Assembly (NCBI GenBank): GCA_002409445.1
Contig: DHNJ01000274.1
Span: 9,758-59,668 of the forward strand
Source of the DNA: Armatimonadetes bacterium UBA5419
GTDB taxonomy: Bacteria > Armatimonadota > UBA10988
Direction of reading: 5' to 3'
Length of the DNA stretch: 49,911 nt
A program made the position numbers and the translations under genes. Shown here one piece after another: positions 1 through 12,308 of the stretch. Under the pieces are notes generated by a model. That model was not told the DNA's origin, ran no database searches, and saw only the letters and a list, made by a program, of their open reading frames with translations. Numbering within the stretch: the first letter of the stretch is position 1; every line of letters starts with the position of its first letter.

Positions 1-642
1 GTTGAACGTGGTCAGCATGGCCATCTCGGAGCTGGCCTGCACCAACCGCTCCGCGACCCGCCGCCGCAACGGACTCAGTGGCACCAAGTCGCCCTCCGCG
101 CCGTTCTCTGCCGGCGCCACTACGGGCGCCGCAGCGGCGGGCGGCGCCGCCCGCACGGGCGCCGGCTCAGCGGGAGTGGCGTCCGGTGTCGCGCTGCCCG
201 CCTCCAGGTATGCCAGAACATCTTCCTTCAGCAGACGGTCACCGGGCCCGCTCGACGGTACCTGCGCCGCGTCGAGGCCATGCTCGGCGAGCAAGCGCTT
301 GGCTGCCGGGCTGATGCGCCGGTCGTCGGCCACCTCCGGCTCCGCCGTCGGTGCCTCACTCGCCGCGGGCTGTGGGGGCGCTGCGGGAGCCGCCGCCGCC
401 CCCGCACCCTCCTCGACCATCGCCGCGACGGCCCCAACGGCCAGTGTCTCGCCGGGCTGCGCCTTGATGGTCGCCAGCACGCCGGCGACCGGCGCGGGCA
501 GCTCGAAGGTGACCTTGTCGGTTTCTATCTCGGCCAACGGCTCATCCACCTGCACCGGGTCGCCCTCGGCCTTCAGCCAGCGACCGATGACGACTTCGGT
601 GATCGACTCACCGACCGCGGGAATGATGACCTCCACTGCCAT
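1..642 (-). CDS. sucB: 2-oxoglutarate dehydrogenase E2 (dihydrolipoamide succinyltransferase), N-terminal part; gene continues past the left edge
   Basis: Not in the ORF track because its stop lies outside the window. The reverse complement from ATG 642..640 reads MAVEVIIPAVGESITEVVIGRWLKAEGDPVQVDEPLAEIETDKVTFELPAPVAGVLATIKAQPGE, a lipoyl domain with the ETDK motif. An Ala/Pro linker follows, then RISPAAKRLLAEHGLD (E3-binding domain), then ..PLSPLRRRVAERLVQASSEMAMLTTFN at position 1. An AAGGA RBS precedes the start, which lies 15 nt after the sucA stop. Confidence 0.9.
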   Translation of the reverse strand, partial: MAVEVIIPAVGESITEVVIGRWLKAEGDPVQVDEPLAEIETDKVTFELPAPVAGVLATIKAQPGETLAVGAVAAMVEEGAGAAAAPAAPPQPAASEAPTAEPEVADDRRISPAAKRLLAEHGLDAAQVPSSGPGDRLLKEDVLAYLEAGSATPDATPAEPAPVRAAPPAAAAPVVAPAENGAEGDLVPLSPLRRRVAERLVQASSEMAMLTTFN

Positions 643-657
643 GCCTGTTGTCCTTTA

Positions 658-3483
<2,826 letters not shown>

Positions 3484-3530
3484 AGTATGACAGCAAGCGG
3501 CCCGAAATGGTGTCGTTGGGCGCTCCCGCG

Positions 3531-3559
3531 TTGACCAGGCCCGATTCGCCCCCTACAAT
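3531..3559 (+). promoter_or_regulatory. sigma-70-type promoter for glyQS (TTGACC-17 nt-TACAAT)
   Basis: TTGACC at 3531-3536, a 17-nt spacer, TACAAT at 3554-3559, and a GAGGAG RBS before the ATG at 3587. Confidence 0.55.
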
Positions 3560-3586
3560 TGGGCCCGGGACCGAGGAGTAGGACCG

Positions 3587-5059
3587 ATGATCGGCATGGA
3601 GCAGTTGGTTTCGCTGTGCAAGCGGCGTGGGTTCATCTTCCCTAGCTCCGAGATCTACGGTGGTTTCCAGAGCACCTACGACTACGGCCCTCTCGGCACG
3701 CTGCTCAAGAACAACATCAAGGCCGCCTGGTGGCGCGCCGTGGTCCAGGAGCGGTTCGACATGGAGCCGCTCGACGCCAGCATCCTCATGCACCCGCGCG
3801 TCTGGGAGGCCTCGGGCCACGTCGCCGTGTTCAATGACCCGCTGGTCGACTGCAAGGCCTGCCAGGGCCGCTTCCGCGCCGACCACGTTTGGTACGTCGA
3901 AGCCGTCCGCGGTGATCAGAGCGCCTCCTACGCCATCGACGCGGGCGAGCCGGACGAGGCCGAGGCCAAGGCCCGCGAGAAGTACCAGATCGGCAAGCGC
4001 TTCGAGGTCCGCCTCCAGCCGATGCTGGTCGACGCCGCGGAGGGCACGCCGCACATCTGCCCCAACTGCGGCGCGACCGATAGCTTCACGGAGCCGCGCG
4101 CGTTCAACATGATGTTCCGCACCGAAGTCGGCGCGGTCGCCGGCTCGATCGCCTACCTCCGCCCGGAGACCGCGCAGGGCATCTTCGTCAACTACGACAA
4201 CGTCCTAACGACCATGCGCCGCAAGCTGCCCTTTGGCATCGCCCAGGTCGGCAAGGCCTTCCGTAACGAGATCGTCACCGGCAACTTTACGTTCCGCACC
4301 CGCGAGTTCGAGCAGATGGAGATTGAGTACTTCTGCTGGCCCGAGGACGGCGCGCGCCTGCACCAGGAGTGGATCGACGCACGCCTCGGCTGGTACCAGC
4401 GCTACGGCATCAGCGCCGATAACCTCGACCTCTACGAGCACCCCGACGCCAAGCGCAGCCACTACTCGACGCGCACGGTCGACATCATGTACCGCTTCCC
4501 GATGGGCTTCTCCGAGCTCGAGGGCATCGCCAATCGCACCGACTTCGACCTCACCCAGCACGGCGAGTACTCGGGCCACACGCTCGACTATTTCGAGACC
4601 AAGACCGAGCGCCGCGTCGTGCCGCACGTCATCGAACCGTCGGCCGGCGTCGACCGCGCGGTGCTAGCCTTCCTGACCGAAGCCTACGAGGAGGAGCAGC
4701 TGACCAACCAGAAGGGCCAGGCGGACAACCGCACGGTCCTGCGCTTCCACCCCGCGCTGGCCCCGGTCAAGGCCGCGGTCATGCCGCTGGCCCGTAACCG
4801 CCAGGAGCTGGTGGACGCGGCGATGGACCTGGCCGGCCAGCTCAAGCCGCACTTCACCACGCAGTACGACGACACCGGCTCGATCGGCCGCCTCTACCGC
4901 CGCCAGGACGAGATCGGCACGCTCTACTGCATCACCGTCGACCACCAGACGGTCGATGACGACGGCCAGGTGACCATCCGCGACCGCGACACCATGGAAC
5001 AGATCCGCCTCCCGCGCGAGGAGGTGCTCGGCTGGTTGCAGGAACGCATCACCACCTAA
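3587..5059 (+). CDS. glyQS: glycine--tRNA ligase (single-chain class II GlyQS type)
   Basis: N-terminus LVSLCKRRGFIFPSSEIYGGFQSTYDYGPLG, plus FRNEI..GNFTFRTREFEQMEIEYF and VIEPSAGVDR motifs. Confidence 0.95.
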   Translation: MIGMEQLVSLCKRRGFIFPSSEIYGGFQSTYDYGPLGTLLKNNIKAAWWRAVVQERFDMEPLDASILMHPRVWEASGHVAVFNDPLVDCKACQGRFRADHVWYVEAVRGDQSASYAIDAGEPDEAEAKAREKYQIGKRFEVRLQPMLVDAAEGTPHICPNCGATDSFTEPRAFNMMFRTEVGAVAGSIAYLRPETAQGIFVNYDNVLTTMRRKLPFGIAQVGKAFRNEIVTGNFTFRTREFEQMEIEYFCWPEDGARLHQEWIDARLGWYQRYGISADNLDLYEHPDAKRSHYSTRTVDIMYRFPMGFSELEGIANRTDFDLTQHGEYSGHTLDYFETKTERRVVPHVIEPSAGVDRAVLAFLTEAYEEEQLTNQKGQADNRTVLRFHPALAPVKAAVMPLARNRQELVDAAMDLAGQLKPHFTTQYDDTGSIGRLYRRQDEIGTLYCITVDHQTVDDDGQVTIRDRDTMEQIRLPREEVLGWLQERITT

Positions 5060-5119
5060 CCCAACGCTCACACGCGGCCGCGTGATTTGCCCTATTCTGT
5101 ACGGATAGGAGGACCCCGC

Positions 5120-5623
5120 ATGTCCAAGGGTCAGCACCTAGCCGCACGTTGGCAAGAGATCGCCGAAGGCACCGTCCGTCACCTGGAGCGCGTACCGCTC
5201 GAACACTGGGACTGGCGCCCGCACCCCAAGTCGACGCCCCTGGGCGAGTTGACCATCCATCTAGTGACCATGGCCGGCTGGGGCCGGTGGGTCATCAACT
5301 CCGAGAAGGTGGACATGACCAACGAGGGCCCGGCCGCACGCGACGTGTCTAGCGTGACCAACGAGTCATTGGTCGCCGAGTTCCGCGCGGGCGCGGCCGC
5401 GAGCACTGAGGCCCTCGAGACCGTCAGCGACGACGTCCTGGCCGAGCACTGGCAACTGGTCGGGGGTGACCAGGTGTACATCGACCAGCCACGCGAGTGG
5501 GTGCTCGGCTCGATCGTCCTCGACCACATCATCCACCACCGCGCCCAGCTTGGTGTCTACCTGCGCCTGCTGGACGTCGCGGTGCCAGGCATCTATGGTC
5601 CAAGCGCGGACGAGACGTTCTAG
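5120..5623 (+). CDS. DinB-superfamily (DinB/YfiT-like) four-helix-bundle protein
   Basis: The ORF track gives 5087..5623. An AGGAGG RBS at 5107-5112 favours the ATG at 5120 (MSKGQHL). The pattern of His residues (TIHLV, DHIIHHRAQL) and the size are typical of the DinB family. Confidence 0.65.
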   Translation: MSKGQHLAARWQEIAEGTVRHLERVPLEHWDWRPHPKSTPLGELTIHLVTMAGWGRWVINSEKVDMTNEGPAARDVSSVTNESLVAEFRAGAAASTEALETVSDDVLAEHWQLVGGDQVYIDQPREWVLGSIVLDHIIHHRAQLGVYLRLLDVAVPGIYGPSADETF

Positions 5624-5626
5624 CGA

Positions 5627-6709
5627 CTAGCCCTTGTCCTCAGTGGGCGGGCCGGCGCTAGCCGGATGCTCGGCTCCGGCGCCCGGGTCGGAGCCGAGCA
5701 CCGTCGCCTCAGGATGGCCCTCGTGGACCAGCTCGACCGGCGGCTCCTCGGGCTTTGGCGGCCGCACAACCGAGGCCACGACACCGGTCGTTAGCAGCGC
5801 GACAATGACGAACAGCGACATCTCGGTGCTGGGCTTGAACGGCGTCTGGAACAGCATCATCTTCAGGCCGATGTAGACCAGGATGAAGATCAGCGCCGTC
5901 TTGATGTGGTGGAAGCGGCGGATTGCGCCGGCCAGCACGAAGTAGAGCGAGCGCAGACCGAGGATCGCGAAGACGTTCGACGTGAAGACGATGAACGGGT
6001 CCTTGGTGATGCTGAAGATCGCCGGGATGCTGTCCACGGCAAACATCACGTCCGTGGTCTCGATGACCAGCAGCACCAGGAACAGCGGCGTCATCGCCCG
6101 CCGCCCGTCCTCGAGATGGGTGAAGAACCGCGAACCCTCGTAATACGAGGTCACGGGGAAATGCTTGCGCGCCAAGCGGACCAGCGGGTTGTGCTCGGGG
6201 TCGAGCTTCTCGCTGCCGCTCTTCATCATCTTATAGGCGGAGAACAGTAGGAGCGCGCCGAAGACGTACATGATCCACTCGAAGCGGTGGATGAGCGTCG
6301 CGCCGACCGCAATCATCAAGCCGCGGAAGATCAGTGCCCCGAGGATGCCCCAGAACAGAGTGCGGTGTTGGCTGATCTCCGGGACGTTGAAGTAGCCGAA
6401 GATCAGCGCGATGACGAACACATTGTCGAGGCTAAGCGAGTACTCGAGGATATACCCGGTAAGGTAGTCGATCGCCGCTCGGCGGCCATCCCCTATCCCG
6501 TCATAGAGCGGGCTCTGGATGTTGAACCAGCCGTTCTGATAGATCAGGTACACCACCACTGTAAAGACGAGCGAGGTGCTGACCCAGAGGACGGTCCAGC
6601 GGAGGGCTTCCTTGGTCGAGATGACGTGCGCCTTGCGGTTGAACACGCCAAGGTCGAGGGCGAGGAAGAAGAGGATAAGCAGCGTGAAGCCGGCGTACAG
6701 CGGTAGCAT
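5627..6709 (-). CDS. TerC/Alx-family integral membrane protein
   Basis: Multi-TM protein carrying the two TerC signature blocks, SLDNVFVIALIF and AVDSIPAIFSITKDPF. G+C is noticeably lower than in the neighbours. Confidence 0.85.
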   Translation of the reverse strand: MLPLYAGFTLLILFFLALDLGVFNRKAHVISTKEALRWTVLWVSTSLVFTVVVYLIYQNGWFNIQSPLYDGIGDGRRAAIDYLTGYILEYSLSLDNVFVIALIFGYFNVPEISQHRTLFWGILGALIFRGLMIAVGATLIHRFEWIMYVFGALLLFSAYKMMKSGSEKLDPEHNPLVRLARKHFPVTSYYEGSRFFTHLEDGRRAMTPLFLVLLVIETTDVMFAVDSIPAIFSITKDPFIVFTSNVFAILGLRSLYFVLAGAIRRFHHIKTALIFILVYIGLKMMLFQTPFKPSTEMSLFVIVALLTTGVVASVVRPPKPEEPPVELVHEGHPEATVLGSDPGAGAEHPASAGPPTEDKG

Positions 6710-6715
6710 CGGATT

Positions 6716-6724
6716 ATTCTAGCA
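6716..6724 (-). promoter_or_regulatory. extended -10 (TGcTAGAAT) placed so that transcription would begin at or next to the TerC ATG (leaderless candidate)
   Basis: The reverse complement reads GTGCTAGAATAATCCGATG. Only 6 nt separate the -10 from the ATG at 6709, and there is no Shine-Dalgarno sequence. Confidence 0.4.
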
Positions 6725-6861
6725 CGTCGCCGCCCGATTCGAGTCGGTGAGCTTTCGGTTAATCTCGGCCCGAACGCAGGGCTTGCTGGTAGCCTGGCGA
6801 ACATCGCGACCACATGATCGCGAGTTCCGGCGCACGCTGTGCGCCCCACGAGGAGAGAGCC

Positions 6862-9279
6862 ATGCGCCACCGTGCCCTACTCGCCCTGCTCGCCCTGGCC
6901 CTCGCTGGCCTGACGGCCAGCGCCCAGCGGCCCGTGATCGACCGCACCGTCGGCAAGATCGACGAGACCCAGGGCATCGCCACCAACAACTGGGTCCTGC
7001 GGCCGGCCGGTGACCTTGTCCCAACCGATGAGTTCCCGCAGGCTGTTGCCATCAGCCCGAACGGCCGGTACGTCGCCGTGGCCAATGCCGGCCACGGGGT
7101 CCACTCGATCCTGCTCGTCGACCTCACCGACAGTCAGATCGTCCAGCGCGTGACCTTTCCCCACCCCAAGGCGATTTTCCGCGGTATGGCCTTCTCCGCT
7201 GACGGCAGCAAGCTGTACGTCACCGGCGGGCCGACCGACGTCATCCGCGAGGTGACCATCAATCCGGGTGAAACCGAGCCGCAGACCGCGCGCGAGATCC
7301 CGCTGCGAGTCATCTCCAGCGCGCCGCCGGTCGACAACCCAGAGCAGTACGCGGGCACGGCCGAGCTGCCCGACCCCGTCAGCGACGGCGTCATCCTCTA
7401 CCCGGGCGGCCTGACGCTCTCCCCCGACGGCAGCCGCCTGTGGGTCAGCGAGATCCTCGGCAATGCGCTGGCGATCGTCAACCCGGTCTCGGGTGAGGTC
7501 GAACGGCGCATCAAGGTCGGGTTGAACCCCTACGACGTGACCTTCGACACGAAGCACGCGCAGGCCTTCGTTAGCCTCTGGGGCGCCGGTGCCGTCGTCG
7601 TCCTTAACCCGACGACCGGCGAGGCCACGGCGCGCCTGGAAGTCGGTGCGCAGCCGACTGGCATGGCCCTCGATGCCGACCGCGACCGCCTGTACGTGAC
7701 CTGCGCGCACAGTGACGAGGTAGCCATCATCAACACCGCCACGCGCGAAGTGCTTGCCCGCGTGCCGGTCAAGCCGTACGCGGACGCGCCGCTCGGCAGC
7801 GCGCCGACCGCCGTGGTCGTCACCCCCGACGGCGGCACGCTGTACATCGCCTGCGCCGGCGACAACGCGGTCGCCGCGGTCACGCTGAACGCGGCCCGCA
7901 CCCATGGGCAAGTCACCGGCCGCCTACCCGCCGGCTGGTACCCGACGGACATCAAGCGGGCCGCCAATGGCCGCCTGCTCGTCTGCAGCGCGCGCGGTAC
8001 CGGCTCCGAGCAGAACGGCCTGCCCCAGCGCCGCTACATCCCGCGCACGATGATTGGCCTGCTGCAGATCATTCCGGCGCCCACCGCGACGGACCTGGCG
8101 CGCGGCCTGGCCGACGTGACCAGCTTCAACAACTGGCAGCTGGGCACCGACGTGCGCTTCCTCTCCACCGGTGAACCTTCGCCGATTCCCGCGCGTGTTG
8201 GCGGCTACTCGCCGATCCGCTACTGCGTCTACGTAATCAAGGAGAACCGCACCTACGACCAGGTTTTCGGCGAGCTGCCCCAGGGCCGTGGCGAGCCCTC
8301 GCTGACCATGTTTGGCCGCGATGTGACGCCGAACCAACACCGCCTGGCCGAGCAGTACGTCTTGCTGGACAACTTCTACGTCAACGGCACGGTTAGCGTC
8401 GACGGCCACCAGTGGGCCAAGCACGCCAGCGCCGGCCACGCGCTCGAACGCGGTTGGGGCCTCAACTACAGCCAGCGCGGCCCGATGCTGCCCGGCCCGC
8501 TGCGCCAGCCAGCGACCCGCCAGCTGTGGCTGCAGGCGGGCGACGCGGGCATTGCGTACAAGGTCTACAACAGCTCGATCAAGGAGGGCGAGGACCTGAA
8601 GACCACCGCGCGCGTGGTCGACGACCTCGCTGGCTGGACCGCGGACGGCGAGATGCCGCAGCTGTTGGTCATCCACCTGCCGAACAACCACACCCAGGGC
8701 ACGCGCACCGGTTCGCCGACTCCTCGCGCGATGGTCGCCGAGAACGACCTGGCCGTGGGCCAGCTGGTCGAGGCGCTGTCGAGTAGCCCGTTCTGGAACG
8801 AGATGGCCATCTTCATCTGCGAGGATGACGCGCAGGACGGCCCGGACCACATCGATTCGCACCGTAGCCCGGCGCTGGTCATCGGCCCGCACGTGCGCCG
8901 CGGCATCGTCGATAGCACCTACTACGACCAGGTCGCCATGCTGCGCACGATCGAGTTGATCCTCGGTCTGCAGCCGCTGAGCGTCTTCGATGCGTCGGCG
9001 ATGCCCATGTGGACGGTGTTTGGCCCCGAGGCCAAGCCCGAACGCTACCAGGCGGTCGTCCCGAACCAGCCACTGGACGAGATGAACGCCGCTGGCGCCT
9101 ACGGGCAAGCCTGGTGCGACGCACAGGACTGGGCAACGGTTGACGAACAGCCGTGGCCCGAGTTCAATCGGATCCTGTGGGCCGCCTGCATGGGTGAAGA
9201 CGCACCCCTGCCCGTCATCCGGAGCACACGCTACGCCATGGCCGTCACCGTGGCGGGCGAGGACGACGACGAGGAGTAG
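6862..9279 (+). CDS. secreted fusion protein: YncE/YVTN-type beta-propeller plus phosphoesterase (PLC/AcpA-type) domain
   Basis: The ORF track gives 6814..9279. A GGAGAG RBS and the signal peptide MRHRALLALLALALAGLTASAQ favour the ATG at 6862. Repeated propeller blades are present (SPDGSRLWVS, TPDGGTLYIAC). The C-terminal half has VIKENRTYDQVFG and EDDAQDGPDHIDSHRSP. Confidence 0.75.
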   Translation: MRHRALLALLALALAGLTASAQRPVIDRTVGKIDETQGIATNNWVLRPAGDLVPTDEFPQAVAISPNGRYVAVANAGHGVHSILLVDLTDSQIVQRVTFPHPKAIFRGMAFSADGSKLYVTGGPTDVIREVTINPGETEPQTAREIPLRVISSAPPVDNPEQYAGTAELPDPVSDGVILYPGGLTLSPDGSRLWVSEILGNALAIVNPVSGEVERRIKVGLNPYDVTFDTKHAQAFVSLWGAGAVVVLNPTTGEATARLEVGAQPTGMALDADRDRLYVTCAHSDEVAIINTATREVLARVPVKPYADAPLGSAPTAVVVTPDGGTLYIACAGDNAVAAVTLNAARTHGQVTGRLPAGWYPTDIKRAANGRLLVCSARGTGSEQNGLPQRRYIPRTMIGLLQIIPAPTATDLARGLADVTSFNNWQLGTDVRFLSTGEPSPIPARVGGYSPIRYCVYVIKENRTYDQVFGELPQGRGEPSLTMFGRDVTPNQHRLAEQYVLLDNFYVNGTVSVDGHQWAKHASAGHALERGWGLNYSQRGPMLPGPLRQPATRQLWLQAGDAGIAYKVYNSSIKEGEDLKTTARVVDDLAGWTADGEMPQLLVIHLPNNHTQGTRTGSPTPRAMVAENDLAVGQLVEALSSSPFWNEMAIFICEDDAQDGPDHIDSHRSPALVIGPHVRRGIVDSTYYDQVAMLRTIELILGLQPLSVFDASAMPMWTVFGPEAKPERYQAVVPNQPLDEMNAAGAYGQAWCDAQDWATVDEQPWPEFNRILWAACMGEDAPLPVIRSTRYAMAVTVAGEDDDEE

Positions 9280-9306
9280 CCGGGCGCCTAGCACTGGTGA
9301 GACTAG

Positions 9307-10164
9307 GTGCCTTTGTGGTGGTGGTTCTGTCTGGGCGTCGGCCTGCTGCTCGCGGTTACAGCGCTGTACGGCGCAACAGTGGTCGCGTGGCGCTTCCGCT
9401 TGCAGCAGGTCGAGGTCCGGCCGCCGCTCTGGCCGGCTGAGCTCGACGGCCTGACCCTCCTCCAACTCTCCGACCTCCACTGTCGCCGCTCTAGCCGCGT
9501 CGAGAACTGGCTCGCGCAGCTAGCCGAGACCGTCGAGACCCCGGACCTGGTCGTGCTCACCGGCGACTTCTGCGATGGGCGCGCCGGACTCGAATCGTGC
9601 GGCGCGGCCCTGGCGCGCTTCCGTGGGCGCCTCGGCACCTTCGCCATCCTCGGCAACCACGACTTCTACGGCCCCCAACAGAGCACCTACGTCGCCCAGA
9701 TGCTCGACGGCGCGGGCGCGCGGCTATTGCGGGACGAGGGCCTGGCGGTGCGGACCGAGGCCGGAGAGTTCTGGCTCGCTGGAGTCAGCTACGTACGCCT
9801 GGACCGCGGCGGGACCTACGAGCCGCCGCTTGCTCAGGCGCTCGCCGGCCGTGGCGAGCGGCCGGTACTGCTGCTGGTCCACTCGCCCGACGCCATCATC
9901 GAGGCCGCCGACGCCGGTGTGGCGCTAATGATCTCCGGCCACACGCACGCCGGCCAGATCTGCTTCCCCGGTGGGCTGCCGGTGATCAACGGCCTGGACC
10001 GCTTCTCCGTCACCCGCCACTCACGCGGCGTCAGTCAGCGCGACCAGACCACGCTCGTCGTCAGCCCCGGACTCGGCGCCACGCAGCCGGCCATCCGGCT
10101 CAACTGTGAGCCGGCGGCCCTCTGGATCACCGTCCGCGCTACTGCCCCCGATAGCGGTAGTTGA
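9307..10164 (+). CDS. membrane-anchored metallophosphoesterase (YkuE-like)
   Basis: N-terminal TM helix, then the SDLH, GDF, GNHD and GHTH metallophosphatase motifs in order. Confidence 0.8.
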   Translation: MPLWWWFCLGVGLLLAVTALYGATVVAWRFRLQQVEVRPPLWPAELDGLTLLQLSDLHCRRSSRVENWLAQLAETVETPDLVVLTGDFCDGRAGLESCGAALARFRGRLGTFAILGNHDFYGPQQSTYVAQMLDGAGARLLRDEGLAVRTEAGEFWLAGVSYVRLDRGGTYEPPLAQALAGRGERPVLLLVHSPDAIIEAADAGVALMISGHTHAGQICFPGGLPVINGLDRFSVTRHSRGVSQRDQTTLVVSPGLGATQPAIRLNCEPAALWITVRATAPDSGS

Positions 10165-12307
10165 ACCGACCGTTTGGTAGCGCGTCGCCGTTGGTCAGGA
10201 AGGCCATCAGGTCGCCCTCGACCACCGGGTTGTCGACCCACTTGAAGTCGACCGCGAAAGGATCGCCCGTCAAGCCGAGCAGTGTCCGCGGCAACTCAAC
10301 CGCCAACGACGCGCCGTCGAGGTACAGCGGTGCCTGCCCCACCTCCCGCCAGGTGAAGCCTGGGCCCTGCCAGGCCTCGACGATGGTGATGGTCGGGTCG
10401 GCCAGCCGGCGGTTGAGCATGAAGTCATAGCCCTCCCAGCCGGTCTCGCGGCGCCCGTCCACGTCCAGCAGCAGCCACATCCAGGTCGGGTCGGTCGACG
10501 GCGTGATGGGCTCGCGGCATTCGACCTGGAAGGTGACCGTCTCGGCGTTGTGGATCACGCGCGCGGCGACCAGGTCGTTGCGGCCGGTGTTGTTCACGTA
10601 GGCCGGCTGCGAGCCGTAGCCCGGGTGGTCGCGCCGCGCCTCGTCGTGCGACTCGTCGACCACCACCGGCGGCACCGCGGCCCAGGCCGCCGCACCGGCA
10701 CCCGGCGCCAGCGAGCGCCGCGCGGCGGGCGGTGGTGCCGACGCGACGCCCTTGAACCGGCGCACGAAGTCGACCAGCTGGTAGTAAAACGCGTCCAGGT
10801 GCCCGCCGACCATCGGCTCCATGTCGCGGCTATGCGCGCGGTCGAACTGGTCGACGAACATGACCGGGTAGTCAACACCGCCGAACGAGGTGAACCGCCC
10901 AGCGATCCACTCATTCCAGCCGGTGACGAAGACGATGCGCGGGTCCTCGGCCAGAGCGTGCTCGGCCTGCTCGACGAAGTTGAGCCCCAGGTCGACCGCC
11001 GCCGGGTCGGGGTCCCAGGCGCCGTTATGCCACGCGCGGCCCTTGGCATCCGGTTCGCTCATCGAGCCGAGCCGCTGGTCCACCGCGTTCTGCGCCACGC
11101 CGACGCCCATCATCTCGCGCTCGCCCGCCGCATTATGGAACACGTGCTGCGGATAGACTTCCAGCCAGCTCCACTGGTCCGGGCCCGTGGGACCAACGAA
11201 GTAGTCGGGCTGCGGTTTGCGGAAGGTAAAGAAGTCGCGCATCGGGTCGCCCGTCCCGCCGACGTACGTGAGCCGCAGCGTGCGGTCGCCCTCGACCGGC
11301 TCGCCGTCCAGCAACGCCGTTCCGTCCGGCAGGGCATCTCGCGTCACACCCCACCAGCCGACGGTCCCAGTGGGCTCGCTGAGCTCGATCGTGTATTCGC
11401 CGGCCGGCCACCCGTTAGGATTGGCTAGCGTGAGCCAGTCGTTGTCAAACAGCTCCTGGGCGGTCGCCTCGGCCAGGACGGTGCCGGTTGGACCGCCCGC
11501 TCGGAGGCGAATCGTCGCATGGCTGCCCTGCTCGTTCCAGGTCGGGGTCGCGACCGCCACGCTGTCGAACGCCTGGGGCGCGGTGAAGCTCTGGCCCAAC
11601 ACCTGGCCCGGCAGCAACCGGGTCGGATAGCCGTGCTCGCTCAGCCCGGTCATGCCACCGAGCAGGTGCGGGTCCGCCAGAATCAGCGGCTTGCCATCCA
11701 GGTGGTACCACAAGTCAGGGTAGAGGCCCGACTCGTACAGGTCAGCCCACAACTCGCGGACCACCTTGTCCGGCTGCCAGAAGGGGCAGAGGAAGGCCAC
11801 CTGCGGTGTCCGGCCGCCCTCCGCGCGAACCTGGCTCCAGGTCTCCAGCAGCGCCGTGTACCACTCCCGATAGGTGATCTGGTTGGTGACATCGAAGACC
11901 ACGAAGTCAACGCCCGCGTCGCTCAGCATCTGCGCGTGCCGCCGTAGCACGTACGGGTCGTCGGTGCGGTAGTAACCGAACAGCGGCTCACCCCAGTGGT
12001 GCGGCGCATGGATCGGCCCCCAGAGCGGGCTGTCGGGCTTCTGCATGGCCTCGGGGTCGGCAGCGAGGATCTTGGTCACGTCGTAAGGTCCGACCCAGCC
12101 GTTGCCGCCCTGCGCGTGCGCGCCAAGCCAGAGGAAGTAGAAGATGCCGACCTGCTTCTCCGGTCGAGGTGGGCCCGTTTCGGCCGCCGGCGTCAGCGTC
12201 CGGCCCAGGTGGTCGGTGGCCACCACGTCCTCGCGCAGGCCCAGCGGTGGGCCTTGGGCCCAGGTTGTGCTCGCCACCACCAACAGCGTCACCGTCCAGG
12301 GTCGCAT
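10139..12307 (-). CDS. secreted putative glycoside-hydrolase-like protein, family not recognised
   Basis: Signal peptide MRPWTVTLLVVASTTWAQ. The segment GIFYFLWLGAH...WGEPLFGYYRTDDPYVLRRHAQMLSDAGVDFVVFDVTN resembles TIM-barrel glycosidase-like proteins. The C-terminal segment is beta-rich (WMWLLLDVDGRRETGWEGYDFMLNRR). The family assignment is a guess. Confidence 0.4.
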   Translation of the reverse strand: MRPWTVTLLVVASTTWAQGPPLGLREDVVATDHLGRTLTPAAETGPPRPEKQVGIFYFLWLGAHAQGGNGWVGPYDVTKILAADPEAMQKPDSPLWGPIHAPHHWGEPLFGYYRTDDPYVLRRHAQMLSDAGVDFVVFDVTNQITYREWYTALLETWSQVRAEGGRTPQVAFLCPFWQPDKVVRELWADLYESGLYPDLWYHLDGKPLILADPHLLGGMTGLSEHGYPTRLLPGQVLGQSFTAPQAFDSVAVATPTWNEQGSHATIRLRAGGPTGTVLAEATAQELFDNDWLTLANPNGWPAGEYTIELSEPTGTVGWWGVTRDALPDGTALLDGEPVEGDRTLRLTYVGGTGDPMRDFFTFRKPQPDYFVGPTGPDQWSWLEVYPQHVFHNAAGEREMMGVGVAQNAVDQRLGSMSEPDAKGRAWHNGAWDPDPAAVDLGLNFVEQAEHALAEDPRIVFVTGWNEWIAGRFTSFGGVDYPVMFVDQFDRAHSRDMEPMVGGHLDAFYYQLVDFVRRFKGVASAPPPAARRSLAPGAGAAAWAAVPPVVVDESHDEARRDHPGYGSQPAYVNNTGRNDLVAARVIHNAETVTFQVECREPITPSTDPTWMWLLLDVDGRRETGWEGYDFMLNRRLADPTITIVEAWQGPGFTWREVGQAPLYLDGASLAVELPRTLLGLTGDPFAVDFKWVDNPVVEGDLMAFLTNGDALPNGRFNYRYRGQ

Positions 12308-12308
12308 G

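Noticed and set aside
3484-3586. T-box leader upstream of glyQS (and likewise upstream of gltX at 16781-16861)
   Set aside because: The predicted leaders are only about 28 nt for glyQS and under 80 nt for gltX, and the gltX leader is occupied by a terminator hairpin. Both are far too short for a T-box, and no T-box sequence is present.
6710-6861. yybP-ykoY (Mn2+) riboswitch expected upstream of a TerC-family gene, and a tRNA-like CTCGAAT T-loop-looking string near 6745-6751
   Set aside because: Neither the conserved GGGGAGUAG or GAGAC-type core nor a four-way junction could be found by eye. The T-loop-like string has no flanking complementary stems or acceptor arm. Two ATCGCGA copies at roughly 6812-6833 were noted but are too short to interpret.
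7924-9480. 518-aa minus-strand ORF, plus 6877..7911 (344 aa), antisense to the propeller-phosphoesterase gene
   Set aside because: These are shadow ORFs with no motifs. The plus-strand protein has a signal peptide, propeller repeats and phosphoesterase motifs.
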